Assembly: GCA_035945435.1 (NCBI GenBank)
Contig: DASZAF010000031.1
Location: forward strand, 17,913 to 81,912
Source of the DNA: Candidatus Saccharimonadales bacterium
GTDB lineage: Bacteria; Patescibacteriota; Saccharimonadia; Saccharimonadales; DASZAF01
Direction of reading: 5' to 3'
DNA: 64,000 nt
The notes beneath the pieces are model-generated. The model worked only from the letters and a program-made list of their open reading frames with translations, was not told the DNA's origin and made no database searches. The translations under genes and the position numbers were made by a program. Shown piece after piece: positions 59,104 to 64,000 of the stretch; the first letter of the stretch is position 1, and each line of letters begins with the position of its first letter.

Positions 59104-59952
59104 ATGGTCGGAGTCCCCTTTTTCGCTACGGCCGCTCCAAAAGTCAGTATCGGTGCGGAGACACTCTTCCATGTTGGCCCCATCCCATTCACCAACTCGA
59201 TGGTCTTAGAAGCAGTCGGCTATCTGCTCGTGCTCGTTATAATGTTCGGAACCGTAATTATGATTAAGCGAAAATCACGGAGTCGTCTACACTACGGCAT
59301 CGTCTGGGTTTTCGAGACACTGCTCGACACCATAACTGAGGTAACTGGCAGCCGTACACGAGCTAAGAAGCTAGCGCCGCTGGCTATGACTCTCTTCTTC
59401 TTCATCCTCATTAACAACTGGCTTGGTTTCTTGCCTTTCCTGAATGGAGCTGTGACTTACCATGGAACAGCTTTCTTTCGGGGCATGGCGTCTGATATGA
59501 ATACGACTTTTGCGATGGCCATTATTACGATGGTGACCGCCCAGATCTGGGCCATTCGCAAACTTGGACTACTCGGTAACCTCAAACGATACTTCCCAAA
59601 TCCTTTCACCGACCCGATGCATGCTTTCGAGGGGTTTTTGGAACTCGTAGCCGAATTCTCAAGAGGCTTGGCCCTCTCCCTCCGACTCTTCGGCAATGTC
59701 TTTGGTGGCGAAGTTCTCCTGGCGGTGATTGCCTACTTGAGCCACTGGGCAGCACCACTCAGCTTGCCGCTCTTCATGGTCTTTGAGCTTATGATCGATA
59801 CCATCCAGGCCTACATCTTCTTCATGCTGACCGTGGTCTATATCTCAATTGGCGTGACCGATCCGGATGCCTCACATTTGACTGACGAACGAACGCACCC
59901 GACTCACAAAGTGTCAACCCGAACGCTTAAAGCGGAGGCGGCAAGCAGATGA
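59104..59952 (+). CDS. atpB: F0F1 ATP synthase subunit a
   Basis: Polytopic protein with LSLRLFGNVFGGE (essential Arg). Confidence 0.9.
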   Translation: MVGVPFFATAAPKVSIGAETLFHVGPIPFTNSMVLEAVGYLLVLVIMFGTVIMIKRKSRSRLHYGIVWVFETLLDTITEVTGSRTRAKKLAPLAMTLFFFILINNWLGFLPFLNGAVTYHGTAFFRGMASDMNTTFAMAIITMVTAQIWAIRKLGLLGNLKRYFPNPFTDPMHAFEGFLELVAEFSRGLALSLRLFGNVFGGEVLLAVIAYLSHWAAPLSLPLFMVFELMIDTIQAYIFFMLTVVYISIGVTDPDASHLTDERTHPTHKVSTRTLKAEAASR

Positions 59953-60001
59953 GAGTGTGCTCTGTTAACAACGTAATCGTAAATAAGGAGAGAAATAAAT
60001 A

Positions 60002-60217
60002 ATGAATGAGCTCGCATTCGGTCTAACCTACGCGATCAGCGCCGGACTCTGTGGAGTCGGTCTCGGCTTGGTCGGTCTCGGCACCATGCAGGCTGCTGGG
60101 CGTAACCCAGAAGCCATCGGCAAACTGCGCTCGCTGATGATCCTGACTATGTCGTTCATCGACGCCCTAGCCATCATCGGCTTGGTGGTCGCGCTTATTA
60201 TTAAGTTCTTGGGTTAG
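60002..60217 (+). CDS. atpE: F0F1 ATP synthase subunit c
   Basis: 71-aa hairpin, loop AAGRNPE, carboxylate in MSFIDALAIIGL. Confidence 0.9.
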   Translation: MNELAFGLTYAISAGLCGVGLGLVGLGTMQAAGRNPEAIGKLRSLMILTMSFIDALAIIGLVVALIIKFLG

Positions 60218-60236
60218 GAAAACTTCAAAAGAGTCT

Positions 60237-60785
60237 ATGACCGATCTTCTCTACTCACCACTGGGCTACTTGGCAGCTGCTGGCCCCAACCTCTTCCAGG
60301 GTCTTGGGATCAACTGGGAACTGCTTGTCGTGCAGGCTGGTGCCTTCCTGATTCTGATGTGGGTGCTTGGTAAGTTCGTCTATCCGTATATCATCAATTC
60401 GATTGATGAACGACGCAAGACCATCGAGGACGGCCTTGCTAATGCCAAGAAAGCCGAAGACAACCTGAAGACCGCCGAGGAAAAGACGGCCGCCATGTTG
60501 ATGAAAGCACGGGCTGAAGCCGATGAGATTATAAAGCGCGGACAGCAGGAAGCGATGTCTGCGATCGAAGCAGCCGAAGATAAAGCCAAACTTCGAACGG
60601 CTCAGATTATCGAGGACGGCCGCCGTCAACTGCAAGTAGATATCGAAGCGGCTCGCAAGGCGCTCCGCAAAGAGACGGTTAGTTTTGTTTCTATGGCGAC
60701 CGAGCAGATCATCCATGAAAAGCTTGATGTCGAAAAAGATGCGGCTCTGATTCGAAAAGTTATTGATAAGAAGGAGTCTGCGTGA
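60237..60785 (+). CDS. atpF: F0F1 ATP synthase subunit b
   Basis: N-terminal TM plus a long charged helix; operon position. Confidence 0.85.
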   Translation: MTDLLYSPLGYLAAAGPNLFQGLGINWELLVVQAGAFLILMWVLGKFVYPYIINSIDERRKTIEDGLANAKKAEDNLKTAEEKTAAMLMKARAEADEIIKRGQQEAMSAIEAAEDKAKLRTAQIIEDGRRQLQVDIEAARKALRKETVSFVSMATEQIIHEKLDVEKDAALIRKVIDKKESA

Positions 60786-61177
60786 AACGTGTCAGCCGAC
60801 GTAGTCTAGCTAAAGCTATCGTTCGCGAGATGCTGGCCGGTCGTCAGCCGAAACCACTCATGAAGAGTGTGGCTGCCTACCTACTACTTCATAGGATGAC
60901 CGATCAAGCCGACCTCTTGATCCAGGATATCGCCTATGAGCTTTTCAACGAGACAGGACATCTGGTTGCGACCATGGAGAGTGCCAAGAGACTGAGTCAG
61001 AGCCTTGAAGCCGACCTCAAGCAGTACTTGAAACACGTGACGGGTGCGAAGCGCGTTGAACTGGGCAAATCGATCGACCCGAGTCTTATCGGAGGTGTTC
61101 GCCTGTCGATACCTGGCGGAGAGCTTGACCTCACGATTAGCCGCCAACTGAAACAACTGCAAGGGATACAGACATAG
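60782..61177 (+). CDS. atpH: F0F1 ATP synthase subunit delta (short form)
   Basis: Operon position between b and alpha. C-terminal [22 protein letters not shown] matches the OSCP/delta signature. Only 131 aa. Confidence 0.75.
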   Translation: MKRVSRRSLAKAIVREMLAGRQPKPLMKSVAAYLLLHRMTDQADLLIQDIAYELFNETGHLVATMESAKRLSQSLEADLKQYLKHVTGAKRVELGKSIDPSLIGGVRLSIPGGELDLTISRQLKQLQGIQT

Positions 61178-61185
61178 GAGAAAAT

Positions 61186-62754
61186 ATGCCAGGACTTTCA
61201 ATTCAAGAACTATCCAGAGACATTCAGGATGCTATCCAGACACTGCGTCAGGAGCGCGGGCTCGAAGAATCGGGAATCGTCACTCGTGTCGGTGACGGAG
61301 TAGCCTGGATCTACGGGTTGCACGGCTGTGGTTCGTCAGAGGTCATTGAGATCGACGATAGTACTGGCAAAAAGGTAAAAGCCTTCGCCCTCAACCTACT
61401 TGAAGACGAGATCGGAGCCGTTCTTCTGGGTGATGACTCGCAGGTTAAAGCTGGAACGCGGGCACGGCTGACGGGCAAGCTCTTGGATGTCCCTACAGGA
61501 CCGGAACTGATCGGGAGAGTCGTTGACCCGCTCGGCAGGCCGCTCGATGGACGGGGTCCAATCAAGGCCTCATCTCGCGGACCGATTGAACGTAAAGCGC
61601 CTGGTGTTATTGACAGGCAGAGCGTATTTGAACCCTTGATGACTGGCATTATGGCTATTGACTCCATGATTCCTATCGGCCGAGGTCAGCGCGAACTGAT
61701 CCTGGGCGACCGTCAGACAGGTAAGACGGCCATCACTGTTGACACCATGATCAACCAGGCCAAACAGAAGACCGGTGTCGTCAACATCTACGTCGCGATT
61801 GGCCAGAAGCTATCCAAGATCGCCACCCTGATCGAACGGCTTAAGCGTGAGGGCGTTATGGACCAGACGATCATCGTTGCTACCAGCCCTGCCGATCCCG
61901 CCCCGCTGCTCTACCTTGCCCCATACGCCGGTACGGCTATGGGCGAATACTTCCGCGACAATAAGAAGCACGCCCTTTGTATTTACGATGACCTCTCCAA
62001 GCACGCCGTGGCCTATCGTCAGATGTCACTTCTTCTCCGCCGCCCTCCTGGCCGCGAGGCATATCCTGGTGATGTCTTCTACCTCCACTCCCGTTTGCTT
62101 GAGCGTGCCTCTAAACTGTCGAAGGAGCTTGGCGGAGGCAGCTTAACGGCTCTGCCAATCATCGAAACACAGGCTGGTGACGTGGCAGCCTATATTCCGA
62201 CCAATGCCATCTCAATTACAGACGGTCAGATCTATCTTGAAACCAACCTCTTCTACCAGGGTATTCGACCGGCTATTTCAGTTGGGAACTCCGTCTCGCG
62301 AGTCGGCGGAAACGCCCAGACGAAAGCGATCAAGAGCGTGGCAGGCAGTCTCCGTGTCAGTCTTGCCCAGTTCCGAGAGTTAGCTGCTTTCGCCCAGTTC
62401 TCGTCCGATCTCGACGAGGAGACCAAGAGACGAATTGAGCGCGGTCAGCGTCTGACCGATATTCTGAAACAGAAGCAGTACTCCCCATTAAGTGGAGCTG
62501 AGCAGGTTGCGCTACTTCTGGCAGCGAATGAAGGGCTTTTCGACCAGGTACCGTCTGAGCGAGTCGGTGACGCCAAGCGGGAGCTCCTGACTGCTCTTAA
62601 AAGCGACGCTGCCGCTCAGATGAGAGAGCTTGAGATTGGCGATAAACCATCTGACGCTACCAAGGCAAAGGTGCTCACAGTCGCCAAGAAAGCGCTCCAC
62701 TCCTTTACCGTTAAGGCCGACGAAACTAAAGGGAGTGGACAGAAAGCGTCATGA
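61186..62754 (+). CDS. atpA: F0F1 ATP synthase subunit alpha
   Basis: Walker A GDRQTGKT and full alpha-subunit colinearity. Confidence 0.95.
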   Translation: MPGLSIQELSRDIQDAIQTLRQERGLEESGIVTRVGDGVAWIYGLHGCGSSEVIEIDDSTGKKVKAFALNLLEDEIGAVLLGDDSQVKAGTRARLTGKLLDVPTGPELIGRVVDPLGRPLDGRGPIKASSRGPIERKAPGVIDRQSVFEPLMTGIMAIDSMIPIGRGQRELILGDRQTGKTAITVDTMINQAKQKTGVVNIYVAIGQKLSKIATLIERLKREGVMDQTIIVATSPADPAPLLYLAPYAGTAMGEYFRDNKKHALCIYDDLSKHAVAYRQMSLLLRRPPGREAYPGDVFYLHSRLLERASKLSKELGGGSLTALPIIETQAGDVAAYIPTNAISITDGQIYLETNLFYQGIRPAISVGNSVSRVGGNAQTKAIKSVAGSLRVSLAQFRELAAFAQFSSDLDEETKRRIERGQRLTDILKQKQYSPLSGAEQVALLLAANEGLFDQVPSERVGDAKRELLTALKSDAAAQMRELEIGDKPSDATKAKVLTVAKKALHSFTVKADETKGSGQKAS

Positions 62755-63623
62755 GTTCAACCCAGCAAATACGACGCCGGATCAACTCGGTTAGAAGCAC
62801 CAAACAGATAACCAAAGCAATGGAGATGGCTGCCGCCAGTAAGCTGCGCCATGCCCAAGAGGCTGTCGAGAAACCACGCGCCTTTAGTCTTGCGGCCCGT
62901 GAGCTTTTGACTGAACTACGACGTCTAAACGGTGCCAGCGATTTCGGCTGGTTTAAAGAGCGGCCGATTAAAAGTCGTCTACTCGTACCAATAACCAGTG
63001 ACCGAGTGCTAGCCGGAGCCTATAACGGGAATGTTATCCGTACCTATCTCAAAGAGCTTCACAGTGATGCCGGTGCTCACGTCGAGAACATGACCATCTG
63101 CATTGGCCGGCAGGTCGCCTTGCATGCTACTCGTCTGAAAGAGACGGAGATCATCGGACTCTATGATCAGATGCCGGATGCCTTAACGGCTAACGATATC
63201 CGACCGATCATCAATACGGTCATTAACGCCTTTTTGGAAAAGGAAGTGGATGCCGTTGATCTTATCTATACCGAATACCACTCTACCCTTTCCCAGCAGG
63301 TGGTCATCCATCGCATCTTGCCAGCCGGCTTTGAACAGGTACCCGTCTCTCAATCGATCGCGACCGCCGAGTTCGAGCCGTCCGTTGATGAACTACTTGA
63401 TAGCGCCGTCCTACGACTAATCGAGGTGCAGCTCTATCAGGCCATGCTCGACGCGGCCGCTTCAGAGCATTCCATGCGGATGCTGGCTATGAAGAATGCC
63501 ACTGACAACGCCTCGGCTTTGGTTGATGATCTGACTCTAGCCTACAACAACGCCCGCCAAGCAACGATTACGCAGGAATTGGCTGAGATTACCGGCGGCG
63601 CTGAAGCAATGAAGGACGACTAA
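62751..63623 (+). CDS. atpG: F0F1 ATP synthase subunit gamma
   Basis: [27 protein letters not shown]-terminus and C-terminal [15 protein letters not shown]. Confidence 0.9.
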   Translation: MSSTQQIRRRINSVRSTKQITKAMEMAAASKLRHAQEAVEKPRAFSLAARELLTELRRLNGASDFGWFKERPIKSRLLVPITSDRVLAGAYNGNVIRTYLKELHSDAGAHVENMTICIGRQVALHATRLKETEIIGLYDQMPDALTANDIRPIINTVINAFLEKEVDAVDLIYTEYHSTLSQQVVIHRILPAGFEQVPVSQSIATAEFEPSVDELLDSAVLRLIEVQLYQAMLDAAASEHSMRMLAMKNATDNASALVDDLTLAYNNARQATITQELAEITGGAEAMKDD

Positions 63624-63635
63624 GAAGGAGAAGCT

Positions 63636-64000
63636 ATGCCTACGAAGACTGCAACAAAGAAACGCCTCGGGACCGTTACCCAGATAATCGGGGTCGTCGT
63701 TGATATAGAGTTTGCCGACAAACACTTACCTGGGATCAATCAGGCCTTAGACTGCGATCTTAACGGGCAGAAACTTGTTCTTGAAGTCGCACAGCATCTC
63801 AGTGAGGCGACCGTCAGAGCTATTGCTCTTGCGAGTACCGATGGGCTTCGACGCGGTGATCAAATCACTGACACAGGCAAAGCTATCTCAATACCAGTCG
63901 GTAAGGAGACGTCAGGCAGGATGTTTAACGTCATTGGCCAACCCATCGACGGCAAACCAGACTCGTTTAAGTACTACGCTCCAATTCACAAAACGCCGCC
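63636..64000 (+). CDS. atpD: F0F1 ATP synthase subunit beta (5' part, truncated by the window end)
   Basis: ATG 63636 after an AAGGAG SD. Translates to [26 protein letters not shown]...[13 protein letters not shown]. Confidence 0.9.
   Translation, partial: MPTKTATKKRLGTVTQIIGVVVDIEFADKHLPGINQALDCDLNGQKLVLEVAQHLSEATVRAIALASTDGLRRGDQITDTGKAISIPVGKETSGRMFNVIGQPIDGKPDSFKYYAPIHKTP

Noticed and set aside
60002-60217. Asp instead of Glu as the c-subunit ion-binding carboxylate (FIDALAI)
   Set aside because: Asp at this position is normal in some bacteria, for example E. coli D61. No Na+-binding motif is evident, so it is not unusual enough to report.
1-64000. Looked for CRISPR arrays, rRNA genes, transposases, integrases and phage structural genes
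   Set aside because: I found no regularly spaced repeat array and no ORF with recognisable transposase, integrase, recombinase, capsid or terminase motifs. The only RNA genes recognised are two tRNAs.

Overview
This 64-kb chromosomal window looks like a small-genome CPR/Patescibacteria bacterium, most plausibly Saccharibacteria (TM7)-like. That placement is an inference from gene content only: a compact dcw operon without mur ligases, a sortase, a DUF5652-type mini-protein, a CarS-like gene, receiver-only regulators, and about 50% GC. The housekeeping backbone includes recO, glyQS, the mraZ-rsmH-ftsL-ftsI-mraY-ftsW-murG-ftsQ operon, topA, pth, der, an rluB-like gene, gltX and nfo. It also includes tRNA-Glu(CUC), tRNA-Leu(CAA), an F1Fo ATP synthase operon (atpI-like, atpBEFHAG, atpD truncated at the window end), three two-component pairs, and glycan genes (GH1, a GH5/42-like hydrolase, GT2). 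I found no CRISPR array, rRNA, transposase, integrase or phage gene. Between these blocks sit ORFan islands that are richer in GC by hand counts, have near-consensus sigma70 promoters and often leaderless-type starts. The most interesting items are these. (1) At 18.1-27.8 kb, a block of membrane-anchored ORFans, a single-Cys LMW-PTP and a PG-binding-motif protein lies next to an orphan VirD4/TraD-like P-loop ATPase. It starts 8 nt after ftsQ and is a candidate undescribed envelope, translocation or host-interaction module. (2) A ~780-bp gene-free stretch (18845-19622) carries three iteron-like 12-mers, flanking 19-nt direct repeats and a long hairpin. (3) A ~270-nt promoter-to-terminator unit (32480-32787) has a competing antiterminator pairing and an operator-like palindrome in the promoter spacer. 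It is a candidate sRNA or regulatory leader upstream of an ORFan. (4) Two ORFans (40605-41312 and 51602-52849) appear to be paralogs. (5) A short (Y/N)LLF..GPDG motif is shared by three ORFans. All functional readings of the ORFans are inference and need profile, structure and synteny searches that I could not run.
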